Shown in pieces: positions 20,196 to 29,344 of a stretch of DNA of 64,000 nucleotides. The stretch is from Planctomycetota bacterium (GTDB lineage: Bacteria; Planctomycetota; SZUA-567; H5-PLA8): the NCBI GenBank assembly GCA_038227875.1, contig JBBRPR010000029.1, positions 36,939 through 100,938 of the forward strand, written 5' to 3'. Every line of letters starts with the position of its first letter. The first letter of the stretch is position 1. The notes below the pieces were generated by a model. That model did not search any database, had not been told where the DNA came from, and was given only the letters and a program-made list of their open reading frames with translations. The position numbers and the translations under genes are program-made.

Positions 20196-20828
20196 TCAAA
20201 TGCCGTGAATCATGCGGGCTTCCAACGCCTGCCGCAGCGCCTGACGCGCGCGGGCCAGGGCGGAGTTCACCGCGGTTTCGCTTTTGCCGGCTTTTTCCGC
20301 CAAGTCGCGGACCGAATAGCCGTGAATGTATTTGCCGATCAGCAGTTCCTGCGCGGAGGCTTCGAGTGCGCTGAGCACTTCGCCGATCAGGCGCCGCGCT
20401 TCCGGGGAGAGCGCGCCGGGACGTTCGGCCTGGTCTTCGCGGTCGCTGAGCATGCCGGCGATCCATTCGCGTTCACGCTTGTCGAGCTCCGAGAAGCGCA
20501 TTTCGAGCTGTCGTTTGCGGGAGCGGTAATGGTCGGCGATTTTTCTCCGTGCGACGCCGTAGAGCAGCGGTACTTCCTCTCCGTCATGTGGCCGGGGCTG
20601 CGCCCACATCGCCAGAAAAACATCCGCCACCAGTTCGCTGGAGATGACATCGTCCATGCCGGTCCGGAAATAGATGTAACGGTAGACGGCCGATGCGTGG
20701 GCACGGTAGAACTCATCAAACGCCAACATCGCCCACGGTATAGAGGGAGCCGGGCGGGCGGGCTGGGCGTTGGCGCCAGAAGCCATTGAGGCCATTAACG
20801 GGTTCTTCCTGATTCCAGCCTCTGTCAT
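20196..20828 (-). CDS. ECF RNA polymerase sigma factor (start uncertain)
   Basis: AFDEFYRAHASAVYRYIY, LYGVARRKIADHYR; region 4 YIHGYSVRDLAEKAGKSETAVNSALARAR. Confidence 0.88.
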   Translation of the reverse strand: MTEAGIRKNPLMASMASGANAQPARPAPSIPWAMLAFDEFYRAHASAVYRYIYFRTGMDDVISSELVADVFLAMWAQPRPHDGEEVPLLYGVARRKIADHYRSRKRQLEMRFSELDKREREWIAGMLSDREDQAERPGALSPEARRLIGEVLSALEASAQELLIGKYIHGYSVRDLAEKAGKSETAVNSALARARQALRQALEARMIHGI

Positions 20829-21022
20829 ACCTATACATTCGAGCGGAAGCAAAAAACTGTCGGCATAAATTAACAAAATCGAGAAGGAACTGCGCGATTC
20901 GCGTCCCAGCTGAAGTCGATTATTGCGTCAGGTGTTGTACCATTGTTGTAGATCCTGCAGCACAGAATGATATAAAAAGTATATTTTATCGCTATTTAAC
21001 GCGAAAAGCACAATGTGCATGT

Positions 21023-21038
21023 TGGCATGTTGTTTGTA
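21023..21038 (+). promoter_or_regulatory. Degenerate sigma54-type promoter of the HEAT-repeat gene
   Basis: TGGCATG-TTGT-TTGTA; matches TGGCAYG-N4-TTGC except the -12 C. Confidence 0.4.
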
Positions 21039-21073
21039 TTGTCCATTTCGTCGCATTCGAGAGGAACGGTCCC

Positions 21074-21547
21074 ATGTTTAACTCACACCACCCCGGCGTT
21101 TCGGCCCTGATAGATGCTGTCATCCATAACCAGGACGGTATCCGCTCATTTGCGATGCGTCGTCTGGTCAACGTTGGCGCGGAAGCCGTTCCCGCACTCA
21201 TTCATCTGCTCGGCGACCGCCGTCCGGAAATCCAGGAGAGTGCCGCGATCGTACTGACGACCATGGGGAAGGTAGTGATTCCGGATTTGATCGACGCGAT
21301 GAAGCACAGTAAAGACCGCAAGGTTTGCTGGGGTGCGGCGTGGGTGCTGGCGACGATTGGACCGGCCGCGCGCGCCGCGTTGCCGGAAGTCAAGATTCCC
21401 GGCCGGAGCGCTGAAGGCTCAACGGCGAGTTCGTCGGGCTCCAACACCGGCGTCTGGTCCGATGCCTGGCTGACGAAAGTTCGCGCAAAACTCGCCGACG
21501 CCAAACAAGAGGTCTCCTACTTCCTCGCCGCTGTCCAGCCGGCGTGA
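21074..21547 (+). CDS. HEAT-repeat protein
   Basis: AVPALIHLLGD..PEIQESAAIVL; VIPDLIDAM; AAWVLATIGPAARAALP. Confidence 0.8.
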   Translation: MFNSHHPGVSALIDAVIHNQDGIRSFAMRRLVNVGAEAVPALIHLLGDRRPEIQESAAIVLTTMGKVVIPDLIDAMKHSKDRKVCWGAAWVLATIGPAARAALPEVKIPGRSAEGSTASSSGSNTGVWSDAWLTKVRAKLADAKQEVSYFLAAVQPA

Positions 21548-21551
21548 CGGA

Positions 21552-21577
21552 ACCCTCCGGTAAATTTGCCGGAGGGT
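21552..21577 (+). terminator. Rho-independent terminator-like hairpin
   Basis: ACCCTCCGG-TAAATTTG-CCGGAGGGT just after the stop, followed by CGAATCC heptamer repeats. Confidence 0.65.
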
Positions 21578-21669
21578 CTTCGAATCCCGAATCCCATCTC
21601 CCATTTTTCATCATGTGAAGTCGCTGCTCTCGGATAAGCTTTTGTTAATTCAAAATCCGAGGTGACATT

Positions 21670-21825
21670 GTGCTGAACGAACACAAGCGACCTGAGTTTG
21701 AAGGCAAGGAGAAGACCTCCGAGCGAAAGATGGTGGAAGGCTGCCTGTTGCTCTTTTTGTTTACGGTGGTGATCGGCATCGGGTTGGTGATCCTGTTTTC
21801 GATGTGGTCGAAGATTTTCGGTTAG
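21670..21825 (+). CDS. 51-aa single-TM small protein (absent from the ORF track)
   Basis: GAGGTG RBS, GTG start; MLNEHKRPEFEGKEKTSERKMVEGCLLLFLFTVVIGIGLVILFSMWSKIFG. Confidence 0.55.
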   Translation: MLNEHKRPEFEGKEKTSERKMVEGCLLLFLFTVVIGIGLVILFSMWSKIFG

Positions 21826-21876
21826 GCGAGTCGGGTGGCAGTTCGGGGGTCGGGCCGGGGCGGGGGGAGTGCGTTC

Positions 21877-22482
21877 GTGGAAAGACCATCAGACAATGTC
21901 AGCCTGGGCATGATGGTCGGACTGCTGCTGGTCGTCGTGATCCTGCTGGTGGTGCTGACCCTGGCGATCATGTGGCTGAAGAAGAACTACGGCGGCGGCG
22001 CGGGCGAAGCTGAAGAATCCGAAAAGCCCGACGACCGTAAAGTGCTCGGCGACCTGGGCCGCATCAAGTCTGAAATCTCCCCCGAGGTCTTCAAAGCGCT
22101 GCAGCGCACGATCGTTTCCGGCGATGTCAGCAAGCTGGCAGTGGTCGCTTCGGCGATACAAGTCGCGCTGGAACGCGGGGGCGCACATCCCGGCTTCGGA
22201 AACCTGCTGCTGACGCTGGGGATTCTCGACGCCGGAGCCTGCGGCGAAGCCTATTTGCTCGGCGCACTGGAAATATACGAGAATAAATTCGGCCCGGATG
22301 ATCCCGAGACGGCCGTGACGCTGGCCGTCGTCGCGCGCAATCTGGCCAAGCAGAATTCCGCTCATGCCGAAGAAATGCTGATTCGGGCGCTGGAATTCTA
22401 TACCGCCAACGACCCCGACCACGGCGAAGTTCCGAAACTGCGCGCCGCCTACGAGACGCTGGCGCAGAAGAACGCTCAATAG
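21877..22482 (+). CDS. Membrane-anchored TPR protein
   Basis: N-terminal TM; kinesin-light-chain-type TPR ALEIYENKFGPDDPETAVTL. Confidence 0.7.
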   Translation: MERPSDNVSLGMMVGLLLVVVILLVVLTLAIMWLKKNYGGGAGEAEESEKPDDRKVLGDLGRIKSEISPEVFKALQRTIVSGDVSKLAVVASAIQVALERGGAHPGFGNLLLTLGILDAGACGEAYLLGALEIYENKFGPDDPETAVTLAVVARNLAKQNSAHAEEMLIRALEFYTANDPDHGEVPKLRAAYETLAQKNAQ

Positions 22483-22517
22483 CTCAATAGAAAGATTGAT
22501 TTGAAGCGGCTTGGTGT

Positions 22518-24440
22518 TCAGCGCGTCAGGCGTGCGACTTCGGCCAGAAGCATGTCCGGATCCACCGGCTTGGAGACGTGCGCCTGAAAACCCGACGCCA
22601 GCGCCCGTTGCCGATCTTCGACCCGTGAAAATGCAGTCAAGGCAATGGCCGGCATGGTGCCGCCGGCTTCACGTGAACGCGCGCGAATGAGGCGAATCAG
22701 GGCGTAGCCATCTTCATCCGGCATGCCGATGTCGCTGATCAGCACGCCCGGCTTGAACGTGTCGAGCACGTCCATGGCTTCCCGCACGGAATGAACCCCG
22801 GACGCGGTGGCACCGTGCTGTGTGAGGATGCTTTCGACCATCTCGCAGGTGTCGGGCTCGTCTTCGACGACGAGGATGCGCATGCCTGAAAGCACCGAGG
22901 CCCTGGCCGCGGCTCGCTGCAGATCGCGGCCGTGCGCGGCGGCGCGGAAATCGTGAAGGCCTGGAATCTGAACGAGGAACGTGGCGCCGCGGTTTTTTCC
23001 AGCGCTGTCCACCGAAACCGTTCCGCCGTGAAGTTCGACCAGATGGCGCACGATGGACAGGCCCAGGCCAAGACCCTTGTAGCGGCGCGTGGACGTCGTG
23101 TTCTCCTGGCGGAAGCGATCGAAGACATACGGCAGAAAATCCTGGTCGATGCCGATTCCGGTGTCGGTTACGGTGACGGCGGCGTTCTGGCCGAGGCGTT
23201 CGAGACTGACGGTGACACGTCCCCCGTGCGGCGTGAATTTGATGGCGTTGGTCAGCAGGTTGTAAATGATCTGGCGGAGCCGGTCGGGATCGCCAGAGAC
23301 GGGCGGACACGCGTCGCGGGCGATGCATTCGAGGTGGATGTCTTTGGATTCCGCCGAGAGCCGCACGGCCTCGAACGCGTTTTGCACCACGTCGCGAAAA
23401 TCGACGGGTCGCATTTCGAGAATCATTTTTCCGGAAATGATGCGCGAGACGTCGAGCAGGTCTTCGATCAGCTTGGCCTGCGAAACGGCGTTGTTCTCGA
23501 TGATCTCAAACGCGCGCAGTTGTTTGTCGGGCTCGAGTTTGTTAGTGCGGATCAGGCGGATCCAGCCCAGGATGGCCGTCAGCGGCGTGCGCAGCTCATG
23601 CGAGACGACCGCCAGGAATTCGTCCTTGGCGCGGTTGGCCGATTCGGCCTGCGCTTGCGCCTCCTGCGTGCGTTTGAGCATTTCCGTGCGCTGCTTTTCC
23701 GCCTGCCTGCCGGCGCTGACGTCGTGAAAGACCATGACGGCGCCCAGCGTCGCGCCGTCTGAAGTTTTGATGGGCGCGGCACTGTCTTCGATGGGAATTT
23801 CGCGGCCGTCGCGCGCGAGCAGCGAGGTGTGGCTGGCGGTGGTGACCGTCATGCCTTCCTTCAAGGCGGCGGCGATGGGATTGCGCGCCTGCATCCGCGA
23901 ATTTTCGTGAATGAGATTGCAGACGCTTTCCAGCGGATGCCCGGCGGCTTCGTCCATCTTCCAGCCGGTCATGCGCTCAGCGACCGGATTCAGAAACGTG
24001 ATGCAGCCGCCACGGTCGGTGGTAATCACCGCATCGCCGATGCTCGCCAGCGTGACGCGCAGCCATTCCTGCTGTTTGCGCAATTCCACTTCGGTGCGGT
24101 GGCGTTCGTTGAAGAGCATTCCAATCAGCACCGCGGCCAGGCAGAAGACGACGAGGTTGACGAGATCTTCCATGGGCGACCAGCCGACTTCGCGAAAGAT
24201 CACGAAGCGTACGCCGCCGGCCAGAAACGCCGCCAGCAGTGCAGGGCCCAGCCCGCCGTACCAGGCGCTGAACACCACGGCCATGGTGAAGACCGCAGTC
24301 GGTGAGTTTGACCACGGAAACAGGAGTACCGCCAACCCCATGGCCAGCACGACCGAAAGTGCCGCCAGACAATAGGCGATGAAGCTTTCCTGGCGTCCGC
24401 GGGGAGACATGATGGTGCTTCTCATATTTTCCTGCCCCAA
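22518..24440 (-). CDS. Hybrid sensor histidine kinase/response regulator (DUF4118-like TM sensor, PAS, HisKA, HATPase, REC)
   Basis: SHELRTPL, NLLTNAIKFT, DTGIGI, GLGLGL; REC VVEDE..LISDIGMP..KP. Confidence 0.95.
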   Translation of the reverse strand: MGQENMRSTIMSPRGRQESFIAYCLAALSVVLAMGLAVLLFPWSNSPTAVFTMAVVFSAWYGGLGPALLAAFLAGGVRFVIFREVGWSPMEDLVNLVVFCLAAVLIGMLFNERHRTEVELRKQQEWLRVTLASIGDAVITTDRGGCITFLNPVAERMTGWKMDEAAGHPLESVCNLIHENSRMQARNPIAAALKEGMTVTTASHTSLLARDGREIPIEDSAAPIKTSDGATLGAVMVFHDVSAGRQAEKQRTEMLKRTQEAQAQAESANRAKDEFLAVVSHELRTPLTAILGWIRLIRTNKLEPDKQLRAFEIIENNAVSQAKLIEDLLDVSRIISGKMILEMRPVDFRDVVQNAFEAVRLSAESKDIHLECIARDACPPVSGDPDRLRQIIYNLLTNAIKFTPHGGRVTVSLERLGQNAAVTVTDTGIGIDQDFLPYVFDRFRQENTTSTRRYKGLGLGLSIVRHLVELHGGTVSVDSAGKNRGATFLVQIPGLHDFRAAAHGRDLQRAAARASVLSGMRILVVEDEPDTCEMVESILTQHGATASGVHSVREAMDVLDTFKPGVLISDIGMPDEDGYALIRLIRARSREAGGTMPAIALTAFSRVEDRQRALASGFQAHVSKPVDPDMLLAEVARLTR

Positions 24441-24523
24441 TCACTTCGTTAGACGTGTGGGAGCGCCGGGACTTCAGCGCCTTGCAAAGAAATGAATTAT
24501 AAAAGGACGTGCGTTCGAGCGGA

Positions 24524-24697
24524 CTACTTGTTCCGGGGGGCGCGCTTGACGTTCTTGCGCGGGATCATGTCGCTGTGGCGGGGCGTTCGTGATTTAGGGA
24601 CCGGCTTGCCGGAGCTGCAATCGGCGCAGAGCTTCGGTTCGGAGATTTTCTGGAGCCGCATCAACGTGCCACATTTTTCACAATAGGTGATGGTCAT
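24524..24697 (-). CDS. Small basic zinc-ribbon protein
   Basis: CEKCG...LCADC followed by an Arg/Lys-rich tail; GGAG RBS. Confidence 0.65.
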   Translation of the reverse strand: MTITYCEKCGTLMRLQKISEPKLCADCSSGKPVPKSRTPRHSDMIPRKNVKRAPRNK

Positions 24698-24819
24698 GGC
24701 TGCAATCTCCATATATCAGGCTAATGGCAGCCGGATCAGCGTCAATTTCACATCCAATCTCGAACCGAATCGTGTACGATAATCAGCCAGAATTAGAGGC
24801 CTTGGGTAAGGAGTGCGAT

Positions 24820-25641
24820 TTGGGTATCTTGACCGTGTTGTTTTTCGGCGATGTGGTGGGCCGGCCCGGGCGCAATGCCCTGGCTCAAGCAGTTCCGGTG
24901 CTGAAGGAAAAGTACCAGGCGGATTTCGTGGTCGTCAACGGTGAGAACGCCGCCTCCGGCTCCGGGCTGACGCCGACGACTCTCAATAAGATTCTGACCA
25001 GCGGCGCCGACGTGGTCACCACCGGCGATCATATCTTCCGCAACAAGGAATACCCCGGCGTGATCCACGAACTGCGCGTCCTGCGCCCGGCCAACTATCC
25101 CAAGAGCGCCGACGGCAAAGGATGGGGGCTTTACACCACCAAGGACGGCACGCGCATCATTGTCATGAATCTGATGGGCCGCGTCTTCATGGAACCGCTG
25201 CGCTGTCCCTTTGAACTGGCCGACGACATTCTCACCACGGCCTCGAACCAGACGCGCATCATTCTGCTCGACATGCACGCTGAAGCGACCAGCGAAAAGA
25301 TCGCGATGGGCTGGCATCTCGACGGCAAGGTCTCAGCCATCGTGGGCACGCACACGCATGTTCAGACCGCCGACGAACGCATCCTTCCGGGCGGCACTGC
25401 GTACATTTCCGATCTCGGCATGACCGGCCCTTACGACGGCGTGCTGGGCCGAGAGAAAGTGCCGGTGCTCAAAAAATTGCGGACCGCCATGCCCGCGCAC
25501 TTCGACGTCGCGGAGAACGATGTAAAGGCCTGCGGCGTCGTGGTCAAGATCGACAAGGACACCGGCCGCGCCCAGTCGATTGAACGCTTCCAGATGCCGA
25601 TCGATCCGCGTACCGGAATGGACTACGGAGCGGGGCGCTAA
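24820..25641 (+). CDS. ymdB: YmdB-family metallophosphoesterase
   Basis: GDVVGRPGR, NGENAASG, TTGDH, RPANYP, DMHAEATSEK, GTHTHVQTAD; AAGGAG RBS with TTG start. Confidence 0.92.
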   Translation: MGILTVLFFGDVVGRPGRNALAQAVPVLKEKYQADFVVVNGENAASGSGLTPTTLNKILTSGADVVTTGDHIFRNKEYPGVIHELRVLRPANYPKSADGKGWGLYTTKDGTRIIVMNLMGRVFMEPLRCPFELADDILTTASNQTRIILLDMHAEATSEKIAMGWHLDGKVSAIVGTHTHVQTADERILPGGTAYISDLGMTGPYDGVLGREKVPVLKKLRTAMPAHFDVAENDVKACGVVVKIDKDTGRAQSIERFQMPIDPRTGMDYGAGR

Positions 25642-25644
25642 CCG

Positions 25645-26937
25645 ATGCCGCCGTTCCGCCGCGGACTGACCGACTACGGACTGACGCGCCCCGCGGCGCC
25701 GAAGATCGATCCGGCCACGGGCAAGCCCAAAGCATGGACTGTCACGCAGGTCACGCGGCTGATTAAAGACTGCATCGAGAAATCGATCGGCGCTGTGTGG
25801 GTCGAAGGCGAAATCTCAAACTTTAAATGGTATTCGTCCGGCCACTGTTATTTCACATTGAAAGACGATGGCGCGCAGTTGTCGTGTGTGCTGTGGCGCG
25901 CCACAGCCGAACGACTGGCTTTTATGCCCGAGGACGGCACGAAGGTGCTCGTGCAGGGCCGCGTTTCTGTCTACGAACCTCGCGGACAGTACCAGCTGGT
26001 CGTGGAGCGCATGGAGCCACTCGGCGCCGGCGCTCTGGCCGTGGCGTTCGAGCAGCTCAAGAAAAAGCTCGCCGCTGAAGGATTGTTCGACGAGGACCGC
26101 AAGCGCGAGATCCCGCGCTTTCCGGCGTGCATTGGCATCGTCACCAGCCCTACGGGCGCCGCGATTCAGGATTTGCTCAAAGTCATCTTCAACCGCTGGC
26201 CGGCCAACATCATCATTGCCGGCGTGCGGGTGCAAGGCGATGGCGCGGCCGCGGAAGTCGCCGCGGCGATCCGCCAGATGAACCGTCTCACCGGTGCGAA
26301 CCGGCCGGATGTGCTGATCGTCGGGCGTGGCGGCGGTTCGCTGGAGGATCTGTGGGCCTTCAATGAGGAAGTCGTGGCGCGCGCGCTTGCGGCATCCGAG
26401 ATTCCCACGATCAGCGCGGTGGGCCACGAAGTCGATTTCACGATCTCGGATTTCGTCGCCGATGTCCGCGCCGCGACGCCCAGCCACGCCGGCGAGATGG
26501 TCGTCCCGCTCTACGCGGAATTGCAGGAGCGTCTTGCAGGCCTGCGCGGCCTGCTTCCCGCTGCGTTGCTGCGCCGCGTCGACGTGGCTCGCGACCGGCT
26601 GGAGGCGATCGAGCAAAGTTACGCGTTGCGCCATCCAGAAGCGCGAATGGGGATGTTGCGTCAGCGGCTGGATGATCTCTCCGCGCGCCTGCTTCCCGCG
26701 GGCGAGCGCCGCATTGCCGCCGGCCGCGACGCGATGGCGCGGTACGCCGGCCGCCTGGAATCGCTCTCGCCGCTGAAAGTGCTGGAGCGCGGATTTTCGG
26801 TCACGACGCGGCCTGATGGCACGGTGATTCGAAAGATCGAGGACGTCAGCGCCGGGGAGCTCATTCGGACGCGTGTTGGTAATGGGACAATTCAATCTCG
26901 CGTCGAAGGGGTTCAGCCGGAGGGCGAGAGAAGCTAA
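25645..26937 (+). CDS. xseA: Exodeoxyribonuclease VII large subunit
   Basis: VWVEGEISN, SGHCYFTLKD, VTSPTGAAIQD, GRGGGSLEDLWAFNEE, SAVGHEVD, RAATPS. Confidence 0.96.
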   Translation: MPPFRRGLTDYGLTRPAAPKIDPATGKPKAWTVTQVTRLIKDCIEKSIGAVWVEGEISNFKWYSSGHCYFTLKDDGAQLSCVLWRATAERLAFMPEDGTKVLVQGRVSVYEPRGQYQLVVERMEPLGAGALAVAFEQLKKKLAAEGLFDEDRKREIPRFPACIGIVTSPTGAAIQDLLKVIFNRWPANIIIAGVRVQGDGAAAEVAAAIRQMNRLTGANRPDVLIVGRGGGSLEDLWAFNEEVVARALAASEIPTISAVGHEVDFTISDFVADVRAATPSHAGEMVVPLYAELQERLAGLRGLLPAALLRRVDVARDRLEAIEQSYALRHPEARMGMLRQRLDDLSARLLPAGERRIAAGRDAMARYAGRLESLSPLKVLERGFSVTTRPDGTVIRKIEDVSAGELIRTRVGNGTIQSRVEGVQPEGERS

Positions 26938-27073
26938 CTTCGGTATTCACATCGCATTGGGTCCCGCCTGCAAACATACAGCCTGACAATTACCACATCA
27001 TCTTCACAATCCGGTTGACCGCGCCTCGCTAGTCTGCGAATATGTCCGCCTTAATCATTATCAAAGAGCTTGG

Positions 27074-27778
27074 ATGCACATGAAAAAGAAGACCACGGAA
27101 CTTGATCAGCCTCTTCCGGCGACCAGCACCGAACGCGTCCTGGAATGGATTCAGCAGTACATTGAAGCGCGGAACTTGACGCCCGGCGACGCGCTGCCGA
27201 AGGAATTGGAGATCGCGCAGTCCGTGGGCGTAGCGCGTTCGTCGGTTCGTGAAGCGTTGACCGCGCTGAAAGCGCTGGGGATCATCACCTCGCGAAAGAA
27301 GGGCGGCATCCGGATCGTGCGCGAACCGGTGTTGCTGGGCATGCGCGAATACCTGACGGTGAAGTACAATTCGAAGGCCTGCTTCTTCGACGCGATGGAA
27401 TTCCGCGCGGTACTGGAAAGCGGCTTGGCGGAATTGATTTTCCGGCAAATCTCCCGCAAGGAAGTAGCGGCGCTGCGCAAGATTCTTGACGAGTTGAGCA
27501 CGTTGCCGGGATCAGCCGGCGTGTGGGACGCGGAGAAGCGTTTCCATACGATCCTGACATCCGCTTCGCGCAACAAGCTTGCGCAATTGCTCTGCGCGCT
27601 TTATCAGCCAGTGTTCGATACGATTCAGGACGTTGAGAACAAAGAATACACCTGCAAGGATTGGGTGCAGGAGCACACGCCCTTCGTGGAAGCGCTGGAG
27701 AAGAACGACAAGGATAGCTTCATGACCGTCGTCCGGAACCACACGCTTCCGTACGTGAGACTCACGCCCAAACGGTAA
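27074..27778 (+). CDS. GntR/FadR-family transcriptional regulator
   Basis: PGDALPKELEIAQSVGVARSSVREAL; FCD-like FHTIL..ASRN. Confidence 0.9.
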   Translation: MHMKKKTTELDQPLPATSTERVLEWIQQYIEARNLTPGDALPKELEIAQSVGVARSSVREALTALKALGIITSRKKGGIRIVREPVLLGMREYLTVKYNSKACFFDAMEFRAVLESGLAELIFRQISRKEVAALRKILDELSTLPGSAGVWDAEKRFHTILTSASRNKLAQLLCALYQPVFDTIQDVENKEYTCKDWVQEHTPFVEALEKNDKDSFMTVVRNHTLPYVRLTPKR

Positions 27779-27780
27779 GT

Positions 27781-27879
27781 AACAGAGTCATTGGTCATTT
27801 ACGGGGTGCGATAGACAGCCGATTGGACTGTCACAACGCTTTTCCTAAATGAAAATGACCGATGCCCAATGACTCTGTT
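27781..27879. repeat. 99-bp element with 14-bp terminal inverted repeats (nested hairpin)
   Basis: AACAGAGTCATTGG ... CCAATGACTCTGTT, with inner GGTCATTT/AAATGACC and GACAG/CTGTC pairs. Confidence 0.6.
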
Positions 27880-27884
27880 CAGCG

Positions 27885-28280
27885 TTAGCGGAGCGCGTTG
27901 AGTTCCTTGGCCGCGCTTTCCAGAGTCGCTACGGCTTCCTGCAGCACTGTCGCGATGCGAGCGGCGACCATCTTGTCGACGATGCCCTGAATTGCGCCGA
28001 GGCCCGAACCCGCCGCCTTCGTCGCCTTTGCCGGACGTCCGCGGCGCTTGGCGCCTGATGGCCGGCCCGGCTTGCCACGGCGTTTGCCGCGTGCCTTGAT
28101 CGCGCCGGACGCGCCGCTGCCGCGAATCATCTTCACGAGATACTGCTGACCGCCTTTATATCCGGCGTTTTCGGCGGCGCTGAGTGCCTCGCCCCACTGC
28201 TTGCCCTCTTTACGCGCATCCACCGCAGCCTGAATAATGGCAGCCTTGGTCTGGTCGTCGTACGGACTCGGTCGAGCCAT
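27885..28280 (-). CDS. Small basic protein with AT-hook-like GRP motifs (putative DNA-binding)
   Basis: KRRGKPGRPSGAKRRGRPAK; AGAGGGG RBS; amphipathic C-terminal helix. Confidence 0.75.
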   Translation of the reverse strand: MARPSPYDDQTKAAIIQAAVDARKEGKQWGEALSAAENAGYKGGQQYLVKMIRGSGASGAIKARGKRRGKPGRPSGAKRRGRPAKATKAAGSGLGAIQGIVDKMVAARIATVLQEAVATLESAAKELNALR

Positions 28281-28483
28281 GCGGAAAATCCCCTCTTAGC
28301 AATTTTGTTAAAGCCACATATACGGCGCAAGGGCGCGATTTATACGAGGGTGAACGGAGATTATCAACGCGAGAACAGCGCGGGCGTTGTAGCTGTTTTT
28401 AGATGCTGCCGGGCACTGCAAGCGATGAAGAGTTATTCCGTGTGAAAAATTTCAAAAAATATGCGCAGGAAGCCCTGCGAAAT

Positions 28484-28513
28484 TTGCATTGAATACTTTC
28501 AATAGCGTATAGT
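28484..28513 (+). promoter_or_regulatory. Putative sigma70 promoter with overlapping palindromic operator
   Basis: TTGCAT-N18-TATAGT; palindrome ATTGAA-TACT-TTCAAT at 28488-28503. Confidence 0.4.
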
Positions 28514-28555
28514 GATTTTGTCGCCGAAAAATCTTAGGAGGGCTTGAGAAAGTAG

Positions 28556-29344
28556 ATGTCAGAAGACGAATCCGCGGTTCTCTTCGTATCGTTGATTGTA
28601 TCCCTGATCCTGTGGTGCCGCTGGTATCTGGCGCTCGCCACGGTCTCGCAACTCGGCAACTCGCACGCTTCCCGCATCCCGCTTTTTCTCACGCCGTTGT
28701 TCTGTGCCGCGTTTTTGTTCGTGGTTTTACTGCTGTGGTCGGCGGCCGATGTTCGCACCAGCGCTGAGTACATTGCACTGTTCATGTTGTCCGGTGCGGC
28801 CACGGTGGGAATGACGCTCGTGCTGATGCCGCTGTTCGGCCTGAGCTGCAGAGACGACGCCGTTGACACACCCAATCGCGCGGCGCGCTGGGTTTCGTGC
28901 GCGGTGATGATTTCGACGACGCTGGTGTTCGCCTGCGCCAACATTGGCGAGGGCGAGACGATCTGGATGACGCTCCTTCCCGCCGCGCTGGGGTTGGCCA
29001 CGCTCGGTGCGCTTTGGATGGCGCTGGAGTGTACATGTCATTTCTCGGAAGCGATCGCGGTGGAGCGCGATTTCGACGCGGGGCTTCATCTCTCTGGTTT
29101 TCTGCTCGCCAACGGACTCCTTCTCGGCCGTGCGGTGGCTGGCGATTTTGTTTCGTGGGATGCGACATGCATTGATTTTGTCCGCCTGGGTTTTCCGTCA
29201 GTGCTGTTGGCTGGCGTAGTCGTTGGCATTGTCCGTGCGGCGAAAAGCCAATCCGCGTCCAAGCGCCCGGCATGGGCGCGGGGATTCACGCCGGTGGGAA
29301 TACAACTGATCGTCGCTCTGGTTTGGACGTGGATCACACGATGA
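28556..29344 (+). CDS. Polytopic membrane protein, DUF350-like duplicated repeat
   Basis: About 8 hydrophobic segments; repeats DDAVDTPNRAA / EAIAVERDFDAG resemble the DUF350 E-I-x3-N-x-A pattern. Confidence 0.65.
   Translation: MSEDESAVLFVSLIVSLILWCRWYLALATVSQLGNSHASRIPLFLTPLFCAAFLFVVLLLWSAADVRTSAEYIALFMLSGAATVGMTLVLMPLFGLSCRDDAVDTPNRAARWVSCAVMISTTLVFACANIGEGETIWMTLLPAALGLATLGALWMALECTCHFSEAIAVERDFDAGLHLSGFLLANGLLLGRAVAGDFVSWDATCIDFVRLGFPSVLLAGVVVGIVRAAKSQSASKRPAWARGFTPVGIQLIVALVWTWITR

Noticed and set aside
20182..20466. N-terminal extension of the 895-aa ORF
   Set aside because: Overlaps the ECF sigma gene in another frame; a good RBS and ATG exist at 20181
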